From positions 1-62,742 of the forward strand of contig DASWFI010000156.1 in the NCBI GenBank assembly GCA_036394315.1: DNA of 62,742 nt, in the 5' to 3' direction. The notes beneath the pieces were generated by a model that ran no database searches, had not been told where the DNA came from, and was given only the letters and a program-made list of their open reading frames with translations. Of the stretch, positions 1-9,384 are shown in pieces. The stretch is from Patescibacteria group bacterium (lineage in GTDB: Bacteria > Patescibacteriota > Doudnabacteria > UBA920 > O2-02-FULL-48-8). Position 1 is the stretch's first letter. Every line of letters starts with the position of its first letter. The position numbers and the translations under genes are program-made.

Positions 1-184
1 TGCTTTGTCCGCGGAGAGGTAATCCGCTAATTTGTCTTTTAATATCTCTTGTTTTGTAGCCATATTCATAATACAACTACAATAACAGGAATTATTATCT
101 AACCGCTCATCCCTTGATAACACTATTTGATATCTAAAGGGCGTTCTGGACAAAATATCGATAAATTGGTAGAATATACCCACA

Positions 185-1492
185 ATGTTCTACCCAAACA
201 AGAAACAAATAACAAAGAAATTTAAAATCCTTTTTTCAAGCTTGTTGATTGCTGGCGTTTTTGTTGCAGTTAGTATAAAACCCATGATCACCGCCCAAAC
301 TGCCGATGAACTGCAAGCGCAGAAAGCCGAGAAGCAAAAAGCGCTTGATGATATTATGAAAAAAATTGGGCAGTACCAGATAGAAATCAAACAGACTCAA
401 TCACAAGCCAACACTTTGGCTAACCAGGTAAAAACTTTAAATTTGGAAATCGCATCAACGCAAGCCCAGATCGAAGTGACTTCGGGCAAAATCGAAGTGA
501 CGAATATGGAAATCGCCGACGTTACAGATAAGATTGTTCAAACTCAGAAAGATATTGCCGCCCAAAAAGCCATTTTGAAAAGTTTGATTGCCGATATAAA
601 TGATCTTGATCAGCGCTCACCGCTGGAAATTGCTTTGGAGAATGATAACTTCAACCAATTCCTTGATCAAGTCCAGTATGTTTCCAGCATTCAGGAGCAA
701 AGCCAGGCGGCTTTGAACAAGATTAAACAGTTGGAAAAAGATTTGGAGCTCCGACAAGCGAATCTGAAAAATGAAAAATCCAAGCTTGATGAATTATTAT
801 CGCAGCTGGATGTGAACAAAAAAAGTCTGGCCATACAGCAGAATTCCAAGCAACAAGTTTTGGACCAGACCAGAGGACAAGAACGCGCTTATAAGAGGCT
901 TTTATCTGATCAGCAAAATCTTGAGCAACAATTATCAAAAGAAATCAACGATTTAGATAGTCAGATTGCAGCGAAGCTGGGCAATTCCAGATTGAAGCCA
1001 GTTCATGGATTACTGGCTTGGCCCATGGAGGGAACACTGTCGCAGGGATATGGTAACACCGGATTTCGAACTCTCGGATATACTTTTCATAACGGAATAG
1101 ATATTGCTGCTCCTGCAGGCACTCCGATTTATGCTGCTGCTGACGGCACTGTGGAAGCAGTGGGTACGGGGCAAGGGGCTTATGGTAATTGGGTTGCAAT
1201 AAAACACGATACCGGGAAATTTGCCGGAAGAGCGATTGTTTCTCTTTATGGCCATATGAGCAGTTTCAGGGCGAATGAGGGACAAAAAGTGGCCATGGGG
1301 GATCTGATTGGATTTGAAGGCAACTCCGGAAATACTACCCGCCTGCTTTACGGCCCGCATAGAGGTTATCATCTGCACTTTACAATATTTGACGCCAGAG
1401 GGTTTGGGATAGCGCCCGGCGCCTATCCAAATATTTATGGAGATTACCAGGTTCCTTTTGGAGCTCCTTATAATCCGTTAGATTTCTTGTAA
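185..1492 (+). CDS. M23/LytM-family metallopeptidase with long N-terminal coiled coil (EnvC-like architecture)
   Basis: 435-aa ORF with an N-terminal membrane anchor and about 250 aa of Q/E/K-rich coiled-coil-like sequence. C-terminal HNGIDIAAPAGTPIYAAADG, LYGHMS and GYHLHF motifs are typical of peptidase M23. Confidence 0.8.
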   Translation: MFYPNKKQITKKFKILFSSLLIAGVFVAVSIKPMITAQTADELQAQKAEKQKALDDIMKKIGQYQIEIKQTQSQANTLANQVKTLNLEIASTQAQIEVTSGKIEVTNMEIADVTDKIVQTQKDIAAQKAILKSLIADINDLDQRSPLEIALENDNFNQFLDQVQYVSSIQEQSQAALNKIKQLEKDLELRQANLKNEKSKLDELLSQLDVNKKSLAIQQNSKQQVLDQTRGQERAYKRLLSDQQNLEQQLSKEINDLDSQIAAKLGNSRLKPVHGLLAWPMEGTLSQGYGNTGFRTLGYTFHNGIDIAAPAGTPIYAAADGTVEAVGTGQGAYGNWVAIKHDTGKFAGRAIVSLYGHMSSFRANEGQKVAMGDLIGFEGNSGNTTRLLYGPHRGYHLHFTIFDARGFGIAPGAYPNIYGDYQVPFGAPYNPLDFL

Positions 1493-1505
1493 AATTAGTG
1501 ATAAA

Positions 1506-3290
1506 ATGGGATCTGTGTTCAAACAGAATCCCATTTTAAATTTATTCAAATACACCTGGCAATATTCGTCGGGGAATAGGCACTATGTCGTGCTGTTTTT
1601 GGTTATGTCGCTTTTGGCTAACATCGTACAGCTATTTGAACCGTTTCTCGTAAGTCGAGCTTTCAATGCTGTTCAATTCGCTCCATCTGATGCAGGCCTG
1701 CTGCGCCACGTCATTATAAATTTATCGTTGCTCGTGGTCATTACACTTGTATTTTGGATTTTGCACGGTATTTCACGAGTCATAGAAATTAGGAATGGTT
1801 TTTTGGTGCGAAAAAATTATAAACAGGACATGGTGGCCAAAGTTTTAAGTTTGCCTACGTCCTGGCATAAAGACCATCATTCCGGTGACACTATCGACAA
1901 AATCAATAAAGCCAGCGAAAGTCTATTTGAATTTTCCAGGTTATTGTTTATTCTCACGACTAATTTGGTCCGCTTGGTCGGAGGAGTTATCGCGATCTGG
2001 ATTTTCTACCCACCAGCCAGTGTATTAGCTTTGATAATTGCGCTTATAGTGTTTACCACGATTACTCAATTCGATAAAAAATTACGGACAGGTTATAAAG
2101 TTATTTTTCGGGCGGAAAATTCCCTGGCAGCGGCGGTTCATGACTACGTCAGTAATATAATCACGATTATCACGCTTCGCTTGAAAAGTCGCGTGACCAA
2201 GGAGGTAGAAACCAGGTCTATGCTGGCATTTCCCACTTATAAAAAGAATTCCGTCATCGGCGAAGTGAAGTGGTTCATAACCAGCTTGATGCTATCCATC
2301 ATGATCAGTTCAGTTTTGATTTTAAATGCGTATCATTCGTATACCACCAGCGGCGTGATCGTAATCGGAACACTCTTCGCGCTCTATCAGTATCTTCGCC
2401 GCATTGGCGATACTTTTTTTGAATTTGCCCTCCGCTACGGTGATATGGTCCGTCAGGATGCAAGTATTCGCGCTGCTGAGGTCATTACTGGGGAGTTCGA
2501 CAAACTGGAAAGTCACGAAGTCCAATCCATGCCCAAGCAATGGAAAAAGATTGAGATTAAAAAATTATTTTTTCAATACAGCAGTGAAGATGATCCGGAA
2601 AGCAAACGCGTGCATCTAAATAATATTAATTTTAATTTTGAACGCGGTCAGCGCATTGCTTTAATAGGGGAGAGCGGATCAGGAAAAAGCACTTTGCTTT
2701 CGCTGTTGCGCGGTTTATACCCTGCCGAGGCTAAATTATTCATTGACGGGCAAGAAATGCCTCATGGTTTAAGCTATCTGTATGAGCACGTGACTTTGAT
2801 TCCTCAGGACCCGGAAATTTTCAACAGCACGATTGAAGATAATATCACCATGGAAACTAAAGTAGATGAAAAAGAATTGTCGGATGCGATTGACCTGGCT
2901 CAATTTAAAAACGTGTTGGCTCGCATGCCTAAAGGATTAAAGACTAATGTCCTGGAAAAAGGTGTGTCTTTAAGTGGCGGAGAAAAACAGCGGCTGGCTC
3001 TGGCGCGTGGTATTCTGGCTGCTCGCAACAGCGACTTACTATTTATGGATGAGCCCACAAGCAGCGTGGACATTCAAAACGAGCTTCTGGTTTATCAAAA
3101 TATATTTAAAAAGTTTCCGAATACTACAATTATATCTGCAGTGCACCGATTACATCTCCTGAAGATGTTTGATGTCATCTACTACTTCCGAGATGGTGAA
3201 ATCATCGCTCATGGTTCTCTAGACGACCTTAGAGGTAATAAAGAGTTCGGAAATCTTCTGGAAAAGTATTCAGTCACGTCAAATAAATAG
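1506..3290 (+). CDS. ABC transporter, fused permease/ATP-binding protein (MsbA-like exporter type)
   Basis: 594-aa ORF with an N-terminal multi-TM domain. Walker A GESGSGKST, ABC signature LSGGEKQR and Walker B LLFMDEPTS are present. Confidence 0.85.
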   Translation: MGSVFKQNPILNLFKYTWQYSSGNRHYVVLFLVMSLLANIVQLFEPFLVSRAFNAVQFAPSDAGLLRHVIINLSLLVVITLVFWILHGISRVIEIRNGFLVRKNYKQDMVAKVLSLPTSWHKDHHSGDTIDKINKASESLFEFSRLLFILTTNLVRLVGGVIAIWIFYPPASVLALIIALIVFTTITQFDKKLRTGYKVIFRAENSLAAAVHDYVSNIITIITLRLKSRVTKEVETRSMLAFPTYKKNSVIGEVKWFITSLMLSIMISSVLILNAYHSYTTSGVIVIGTLFALYQYLRRIGDTFFEFALRYGDMVRQDASIRAAEVITGEFDKLESHEVQSMPKQWKKIEIKKLFFQYSSEDDPESKRVHLNNINFNFERGQRIALIGESGSGKSTLLSLLRGLYPAEAKLFIDGQEMPHGLSYLYEHVTLIPQDPEIFNSTIEDNITMETKVDEKELSDAIDLAQFKNVLARMPKGLKTNVLEKGVSLSGGEKQRLALARGILAARNSDLLFMDEPTSSVDIQNELLVYQNIFKKFPNTTIISAVHRLHLLKMFDVIYYFRDGEIIAHGSLDDLRGNKEFGNLLEKYSVTSNK

Positions 3291-3481
3291 AGAAGTGTAA
3301 AGCGAGAGCAAATTTACTGACCATCAGTAATCACGGTTAATGATTAACTGTAATTATAACTTCAACAGCTAGAGATACAAGTAATGGAATGTTCTTTGAT
3401 AATTAAATAGAGAAGTAAGAATGTGGGTAAAACCTAAGCAATGGTGCTTATATATGGCCCAAAACAGGCCCAAAACGAGTA

Positions 3482-3510
3482 TTGACAAAACTATGTTTTT
3501 GAATTATTAT
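3482..3510 (+). promoter_or_regulatory. sigma70-like promoter upstream of the NYN gene
   Basis: TTGACA (3482-3487), 17-nt spacer, TATTAT (3505-3510). A GC hairpin CCCCATC..GATGGGG (about 3523-3550) follows in the leader. Confidence 0.45.
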
Positions 3511-3571
3511 ATATGCACTAACGCCCCATCCAGCCGTAAGGTCCGATGGGGTTTCAAATTATCTGCTATAA

Positions 3572-4198
3572 ATGAAAACAGCATTATTCATCGATGGTCG
3601 TAACTTTATAGGAAAACTTAAAGAAGTTTTACGAGCGGAAAATATTTCTGAGGACGAAATTTCACATTACGATTGGTCAAACTATAACTTTAAAGACTTA
3701 ATAGATAAAGTTTTGACAGGTATTATCGTAGATGAAAAATACGTTTACTTTGGTAAGCTTAGAGTGCATGAGGACACAAAGGTAAAATCTAAAGAACTTA
3801 TTGAAGAGCAAAGATTATTGAAAACGAAATTAGAATCTCAAGGTTTCAAAGTAATACTCGCAGGTAGCGTTCGTGGAAATTACGTCTTTGATAATCGAGG
3901 AAAGAAAACTCTCGTTTTCAAAGAAAAAGGCGCGGACGTAAGTATAGCTGTAGATATGGTAACTAAGGCCTGCGATGGGACTTTAAAAATCTGCATCTTA
4001 TGCAGCTCTGATTCAGATATGCAACCTGCAGTAAAGGCTGTGAAAGAAAGAAAAGTAGAAAGTATATACTTAGGTTTTGAGGTAATGCCCAACAAAGGTC
4101 TAACAGCAACCAATCACCGAACAATACTCATTCGTAACTCTGAAGTAATTGAGTTTAAAATTAATCCACCCCCAACTTCCCTGCCTAAAGCGTTTTAG
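3572..4198 (+). CDS. NYN-domain (LabA/DUF88-like) putative RNase
   Basis: 208-aa ORF. The N-terminal ALFIDGRNF and the later GADVSIAVDM and CSSDSDMQPAV motifs match the NYN/LabA acidic-residue pattern. Confidence 0.7.
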   Translation: MKTALFIDGRNFIGKLKEVLRAENISEDEISHYDWSNYNFKDLIDKVLTGIIVDEKYVYFGKLRVHEDTKVKSKELIEEQRLLKTKLESQGFKVILAGSVRGNYVFDNRGKKTLVFKEKGADVSIAVDMVTKACDGTLKICILCSSDSDMQPAVKAVKERKVESIYLGFEVMPNKGLTATNHRTILIRNSEVIEFKINPPPTSLPKAF

Positions 4199-4547
4199 GA
4201 AACCAATAAGCGGTTTAAATTTATCGAGTAAATTAACCCTATAGGTTGTTAAGTAAGCGAGTAACCAAATAGCCAGTATTACTTAGCCTGATTTAAAAAC
4301 CCGCAGAGTTGATTATGTGTCGCATAAGATACATTGTGCGACGATCTAACTATTTTAAAATATGGCTTTTTAAGCCCTTCTCCCTTCAACGACTCCCGCC
4401 TCTTGACCCATGCATTCTGACCAAGTCATATAGTCTTCAATCAAAACAAAAAATATTAAAGTTAAATTATTTATTTTTTATAATCCCCTTTAGTATTTTT
4501 GGCAAACCTAGTGGAACCGTTTGTTTGATGAAACTACTACTTAGATT

Positions 4548-5285
4548 TTATTTAGTTATCACTATCATGGCTTTAGGTCGGCCGGCTTGGGATTCGTGCT
4601 GGCCTGTAGGGTAATTAACCATAGCGTTATAAAGGGTCTGGTAGTCGTAAACATAGCCTTGTCCCAGTCTCGTGCCCGGATCGTTAGTTATAAATTGATT
4701 TTTGGAATCATCAAAGCCCTTGATCACTAACATGTGAGTATACGGACCAGGAGGTTTAAAATTGGGATTACCTAATTTTTGTCCATTAGCTGGTACTAAA
4801 ACTATTTTATTGCCTCGCAGCGCGTCTTTGATGTTTTCCACGGTCGGATTGTCTACAACTTTGGCTTTATCATAACCATAATAATCTTTCATAAATCGAA
4901 CTGTGTCCTTAGCTTCTGTATCGTGGTAATTGCCATATCGCGATTGTTCAAAGTCAGAAATCGCAATAATTTCCTTTTCTGCCTCGTCCTTGGTCATGGT
5001 TTTGTTGTTGAGCCAAAGCCACGCCATCACGACTGAAGCTTCTTCGCAACCATCCTGCTGTCTGGGGTCACTCCACTTAGCATTAGGAGCCTGTGAAGTA
5101 AAAGGTGCGTTTATAAGAACGTAATTTTTTTTAATCTCATCGGGTTTATTCGGAATGTAAGCATTTTGGCTGGGCGGGACATAGTCGTTTTGATGGCGGT
5201 ATTTTGACACGACTGAATAAGCCGCCACGCCAGCCAGAAGAATCAAACACAAGCTTATAAAAAGTTTTGTTATTTTATTTCTCAT
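4548..5285 (-). CDS. membrane-anchored peptidase C39-like (YvpB-like) domain protein
   Basis: 245-aa ORF with an N-terminal TM segment. The FTSQAPNAKWSDPRQQDGCEEASVVMA region resembles C39-like cysteine peptidase domains. Confidence 0.5.
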   Translation of the reverse strand: MRNKITKLFISLCLILLAGVAAYSVVSKYRHQNDYVPPSQNAYIPNKPDEIKKNYVLINAPFTSQAPNAKWSDPRQQDGCEEASVVMAWLWLNNKTMTKDEAEKEIIAISDFEQSRYGNYHDTEAKDTVRFMKDYYGYDKAKVVDNPTVENIKDALRGNKIVLVPANGQKLGNPNFKPPGPYTHMLVIKGFDDSKNQFITNDPGTRLGQGYVYDYQTLYNAMVNYPTGQHESQAGRPKAMIVITK

Positions 5286-6469
5286 CGTAATTTTGAAATT
5301 AATGCAGCGAAGGTTTTACCCACAAAATCAATATCTGAAGACTTGGTCAATACACTAAGTGTAAACCGAACAGTGGCTGCTTGCCTAGTCTCACCTTGAT
5401 CTTTCATTTTACCTAGCGATTCGATGACATGGGAAGGCTGGGAAGACCCGGAAACGCAGGCAGAGCCGGTGGAAGCGGCAATTCCGGCCAAATCAAGCGC
5501 GGTCATGAGCGAGTCCTGTTCAATATCATAAACGGTAAAGCTGATATTATCCGCAACTCGTGATTCCCCCGTTGGCCCGTTTAATTCTATTTTTTTAATC
5601 TGCGAAATAGCAGAAATTAATTTATCGCGAAGTTTAGAAATTTTTCCGGCATTTGCTGCGCGTTTCTCCAGAGGTCCCAATAATTCCACAGCCTTGGCAA
5701 AGCCAATTATTCCTGTCGTATTCTGCGTGCCAGGTCGTTTACCGTATTCCTGCGACCCGCCAAACATCAAATTTGCGCTTTTAACTCCGGTTTTGACAAA
5801 AAGCGCGCCAATCCCCTTTGGTCCAAAAATTTTGTGCGCGGATAAAGTCAGCAAATCACAATTTAATTTTTCGACGTTCAGATTATAAAATTTTGCGGCT
5901 TGGACCGCGTCCACGTGAAAAATCGTCCGTGGATTTTTTTCTTTAATACCTTTACCTATTTCACGCACCGGCAAAACTGTTCCGATTTCATTTGATACAA
6001 AAATAACGCTAACTAAAATCGTATTATCTTTTATAGCTTCGAGTATTTGTTCAGCTACAATCACGCCGTTACTATTGGGCTTAACAAAAGTTGCCTCGAT
6101 CACTCCCCTCTTTTCGAATTCTTTTATAAGGTTATAAACAGATTGGTGCTCAAGCATAGTTGTAACAACGTGCGGTTTGGCTTTCAAATTTTCAGCGCCG
6201 CGATAGTAGTTTTGAATTATGCCCTGAATGGCCGTATTGTTTGCTTCCGTAGCACCCGATGTAAAGATAATTTCCTGCGGCTTGGCGTTTATAAATTGCG
6301 CGATGCCGGCCCTGGCAAAATCAATTTTGGCACGAGCTTGCTGGCCTTCGCGATGAGTGGAGCTGGGGTTACCGTAGTATTCTAATTCAAAATTACGCAT
6401 AGCTTTTACTACGCGTTTATCTATTGGAGTTGTGGCTGCATTATCTAGATAGACTCGGTTGTGATTCAT
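5282..6469 (-). CDS. cysteine desulfurase (class V aminotransferase, NifS/IscS-like)
   Basis: 395-aa ORF. It has the PLP-lysine context LSAHKIFGPKG and the active-site loop STGSACVSG. Confidence 0.85.
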   Translation of the reverse strand: MNHNRVYLDNAATTPIDKRVVKAMRNFELEYYGNPSSTHREGQQARAKIDFARAGIAQFINAKPQEIIFTSGATEANNTAIQGIIQNYYRGAENLKAKPHVVTTMLEHQSVYNLIKEFEKRGVIEATFVKPNSNGVIVAEQILEAIKDNTILVSVIFVSNEIGTVLPVREIGKGIKEKNPRTIFHVDAVQAAKFYNLNVEKLNCDLLTLSAHKIFGPKGIGALFVKTGVKSANLMFGGSQEYGKRPGTQNTTGIIGFAKAVELLGPLEKRAANAGKISKLRDKLISAISQIKKIELNGPTGESRVADNISFTVYDIEQDSLMTALDLAGIAASTGSACVSGSSQPSHVIESLGKMKDQGETRQAATVRFTLSVLTKSSDIDFVGKTFAALISKLR

Positions 6470-6546
6470 AACGAGATATTATACTTGTTTATTGTGCATT
6501 TGTCGAGTCTTGTTAAAAGTACTAAACTGCAGTTCTGGAGGCCAAA

Positions 6547-6739
6547 GATGGCTGATGAATATGTCGTCCTGGTAAAACCCCACCCCCACTCCATGTGGAC
6601 CGTAGCGGGTCGCAAATCGATGGACTTGAATAAGGAGGGAGCTGAAGATAGAAGAACGGTTTTGACTTCCGACACGACTTTCGCTGCGATTGCTGTCGCG
6701 AAGATCGAAAGCGTTTGGCACAAAAATATCCACATTTGA
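6547..6739 (+). CDS. small hypothetical protein (63 aa)
   Basis: Internal ATG of the 6461..6739 ORF is preceded by GGAGG (6536-6540) at 6-nt spacing. The stop codon lies inside a terminator hairpin. There is no recognisable family, and overlapping antisense ORFs make the coding status uncertain. Confidence 0.3.
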
Positions 6740-6763
6740 GGTCAGGTATAGGCCTCTTTTTTA
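6738..6763 (+). terminator. rho-independent terminator
   Basis: GAGGTC / GGCCTC stem (one G-U pair), 7-nt loop, then TTTTTT. Confidence 0.55.
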
Positions 6764-7102
6764 TTTGGCTGATTTCCTAAACCCGGCGGCTTCAGCTTCG
6801 GTATCGAAGCACTTAATTGGTCTTGTATTCTTATAATAAATTGATCCACCCGGGACATGGTAAATTAGGCTCGCTGAACCCTTGATCTTTCCTTCACAGT
6901 TAAGTGCCGTTTGAGCCGTTTGTGCGCCACTCATTTTTGGACTATAATTTGAGAGTGGATTGGACGTTTGTTTGACCAGATTTTGCGTTGGGTTGTTGGT
7001 AAATTTCCCCAATCCAAATGCCATACCCGCTACTGCCATGTATCCGATTACTAGTACAATTTGTTGCTGGTGATTTTTTAAGAAGAGCTTTATATTATCC
7101 AT
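6761..7102 (-). CDS. hypothetical membrane-anchored protein
   Basis: 113-aa ORF with one N-terminal TM helix. The C-terminal YHVPGGSIYY..CFDTEAEAAGFRKS motif is seen in small metal-binding-like domains. No firm family. Confidence 0.5.
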   Translation of the reverse strand: MDNIKLFLKNHQQQIVLVIGYMAVAGMAFGLGKFTNNPTQNLVKQTSNPLSNYSPKMSGAQTAQTALNCEGKIKGSASLIYHVPGGSIYYKNTRPIKCFDTEAEAAGFRKSAK

Positions 7103-7181
7103 AGAATTTGATTAAAGATTTAAGATTAAAGTTGTCAGTAATACTGCTCTTTGATCTTACAACTGTCAACTTAAATCTGTT

Positions 7182-8519
7182 ATGCAATACGCATTTGTTT
7201 TAGGGAGGGTATATACTTTATCATTGGCTGAATTACTTCAGGTTCTGACCTCTAATGGGGTGAACTTCAAAGTGATGGCGTGTTCGCCGGAAGTCGTAAT
7301 TTTGGAAGTTGATCAGCCGCTTAATGCTCCGGAATTACAGGCCCGCTTAGGCGGCGTTATTAAAATTATACGTCTTTTTGATACTTTTCAAAAGAAGGGC
7401 AAGGAATTCCCGTCCCAAGTTTTAACTAATTACTTTACGTTCAAAAGGATCAAGGAGTACTTTCATGACTATTCCGGCAAGAAGCAGTTCGGTGTTTCTA
7501 TTTATTCCCTCGACCCTTCGGTCAGATTTAAGGACGAAGCCCAAAGAATTGCTTTTTTGATCAAAAAAGTTTTGCAGGAACAGGCTCAAAGCGTTCGGGC
7601 CGTGCTCCCCCAGTTTCCGGCCCAGGCACTTTCCTCAGTCCAAGTCACGGAAAATCAAATTCTCCAAAAGGGCGCGGAGATCGTGGTTATCAGCGGCAAC
7701 CAGCGATTGTTCGTGGGTAAAACTTTGGTCGTGCAAAATTATGAGGATTACGGCCGAAGAGATTATCAGCGACCGGCTCGGGACGAAAAAGTCGGCATGA
7801 TCCCTCCTAAAGTCGCGCAGGCCATGCTTAATTTGGCCACTCCCCTCAAACCCCTGGATTATATTTTGGATCCCTTCTGCGGTTCGGGCACGAATTTACA
7901 GGAAGCGATCCTCATGGGTTATCGTGCAATAGGTTCGGATTTAGAGCAAAAAATGATCGAGAACAGCGAGAAAAATTTGGAGTGGTTTCGAAACCGTTAC
8001 CATGTCTCCCCCGGCCGATATAAGCTGTTTAAATCCCACGCCGCGGAAATTTCCATGCAGATGCCCAACGACAAGCTTCAAGCAATTGTCACTGAAGGTA
8101 CTTTGGGTCCGATCTACGACAAGGTACCGAAAAAGTCGGAAATGCAGGCTAATTTTAAGAATCTATCTAAATTATATGATCAGGTTTTTAAGGAATTTAA
8201 AAAAATTCTCCCAGAGAACCGCAAAGTAGTAATCTGCTTGCCAGCCTATAAAATCAATGCTTCGGCCTATGAATTCATGCCCGATCTTGACTTTGCCCTT
8301 CAAAATGGGTATACTGTTTTGGATCCATTACCAGCAGAGCTAGTAAGCAAGTATCGCTTCTTACGAGTAACTCCGCGCAAAACAATAGTTTACGACCGAA
8401 ACGACCAGGTAGTGGCTAGAGAAATAGTAATTTTCAAATACGGTTCAGAAGAACCTAAAGAATTAAACGAAGTCAGTAATAGCAAGCCCCAACCGGCTGA
8501 AGACGAAGCTTCGCAATAA
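7182..8519 (+). CDS. SAM-dependent methyltransferase (UPF0020/Trm11/RlmL-like)
   Basis: 445-aa ORF with SAM motif I DPFCGSGTNLQEA followed by GSDLE. The substrate (RNA or DNA) is not determinable by eye. Confidence 0.6.
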   Translation: MQYAFVLGRVYTLSLAELLQVLTSNGVNFKVMACSPEVVILEVDQPLNAPELQARLGGVIKIIRLFDTFQKKGKEFPSQVLTNYFTFKRIKEYFHDYSGKKQFGVSIYSLDPSVRFKDEAQRIAFLIKKVLQEQAQSVRAVLPQFPAQALSSVQVTENQILQKGAEIVVISGNQRLFVGKTLVVQNYEDYGRRDYQRPARDEKVGMIPPKVAQAMLNLATPLKPLDYILDPFCGSGTNLQEAILMGYRAIGSDLEQKMIENSEKNLEWFRNRYHVSPGRYKLFKSHAAEISMQMPNDKLQAIVTEGTLGPIYDKVPKKSEMQANFKNLSKLYDQVFKEFKKILPENRKVVICLPAYKINASAYEFMPDLDFALQNGYTVLDPLPAELVSKYRFLRVTPRKTIVYDRNDQVVAREIVIFKYGSEEPKELNEVSNSKPQPAEDEASQ

Positions 8520-8528
8520 GGAACTCCC

Positions 8529-8813
8529 ATGGCTCATAAGAAAGCCGGCGGTTCTACAGCCCTAGGACGAGATTCACAATCCAAACGACTAGGAGTCAAA
8601 ATTTTCGGTGGCCAATCAGCAAATGTCGGTAACATCCTTATCCGACAGCGCGGCACCAAATGGCATCCAGGCAAAAACGTAAAGAAAGCGACTGATGATT
8701 CACTTTACGCTATGGCAACGGGAGTCGTGAAATTCACTTCCAAGAAAGTTCGCGGATTCGATGGCAGCCTGCACTTCCGCCGTTTCGTCCACATAGAACC
8801 AAAAAAAGATTAA
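8529..8813 (+). CDS. rpmA: 50S ribosomal protein L27
   Basis: [34 protein letters not shown] is the canonical L27 N-terminus. Confidence 0.95.
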   Translation: MAHKKAGGSTALGRDSQSKRLGVKIFGGQSANVGNILIRQRGTKWHPGKNVKKATDDSLYAMATGVVKFTSKKVRGFDGSLHFRRFVHIEPKKD

Positions 8814-8821
8814 ACTTCTAA

Positions 8822-8850
8822 ACGTCCCTATAAAATCGGGACGTTTTTTA
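8822..8850 (+). terminator. rho-independent terminator after rpmA
   Basis: ACGTCCC / GGGACGT stem followed by a T-run. Confidence 0.7.
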
Positions 8851-8878
8851 TTGACAATTTACAGCTTTCGCCTATAGT
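8851..8878 (+). promoter_or_regulatory. near-consensus sigma70 promoter for the GC-rich lipoprotein ORF
   Basis: TTGACA (8851-8856), 16-nt spacer, TATAGT (8873-8878). AGGAGG (8893-8898) lies 7 nt before the ATG at 8906. Confidence 0.55.
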
Positions 8879-8905
8879 ATACTTCCTAGTACAGGAGGAA
8901 AACCC

Positions 8906-9298
8906 ATGCGTTTAGTTGTGTTTCTGATCGTCATTCTCCTTGGTGGCTGCGCTGCGCACTCCACCCAAGAGAAAGGTAATTTGACGCCGCTGCTCATAGC
9001 GGTGGACAAATTAACTCCGCAGATTGATCTTCTTTTTCGGATCTTTCCCGATCCGAGTGTACGATCCGACCTCGTCCGATGGCGTTCATCACCCATCAAG
9101 ATCAACGTCGCGATGACTTACGAGGTCGAGCGACTGACGGCTCGAAGAGAAAGGGCCAGCCCGCTCTCTGACTGTCAGACCGATCCATGTGTGGTTATGT
9201 TGGTTAACCCGAAGTATTTCTCTCGACTTTCCGATCTGGAAAAATACAGCGAGATCTATCGGGAATACCAACAATTGAAAAAACTGCTTGAGCAGTAG
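8906..9298 (+). CDS. hypothetical lipoprotein (GC-rich orphan)
   Basis: 130-aa ORF with a lipobox-like signal LLGGC. The RBS is strong. G/C third-position codon usage is unlike the neighbouring genes. Confidence 0.6.
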   Translation: MRLVVFLIVILLGGCAAHSTQEKGNLTPLLIAVDKLTPQIDLLFRIFPDPSVRSDLVRWRSSPIKINVAMTYEVERLTARRERASPLSDCQTDPCVVMLVNPKYFSRLSDLEKYSEIYREYQQLKKLLEQ

Positions 9299-9384
9299 CA
9301 CCGCCGCCCGCGAGTGCTTTTTTTATTTGCTAACTGGATCAATTAGTGCTTAAATACAAGCAATTAACAACGTAGTTATTTTTT

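Noticed and set aside
1-63. Possible 5-prime end of a minus-strand gene leaving the window (MATKQEILKDKLADYLSADKA...)
   Set aside because: Only 21 codons are visible, with no SD-like sequence upstream and no recognisable motif. That is too little to support a feature.
4309-4614. 101-aa plus-strand ORF in the 4200-4548 spacer
   Set aside because: Its translation is AT-rich and low-complexity, and it overlaps the 3-prime end of the convergent C39-like gene. There is no RBS. The spacer has one 6-bp hairpin (GTCGCA..TGCGAC) but nothing I can call.
6481-6760. Possible tmRNA, RNase P RNA, SRP RNA or 6S RNA in the gene-poor stretch
   Set aside because: I could not find any of the diagnostic motifs: the tRNA-like GGGG...CCACCA ends and tag ORF of tmRNA, the GAGGAAAGUCC P4 of RNase P, or the GGAAGCAGC domain IV of SRP. 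It is kept only as a low-confidence small ORF or unknown transcript.
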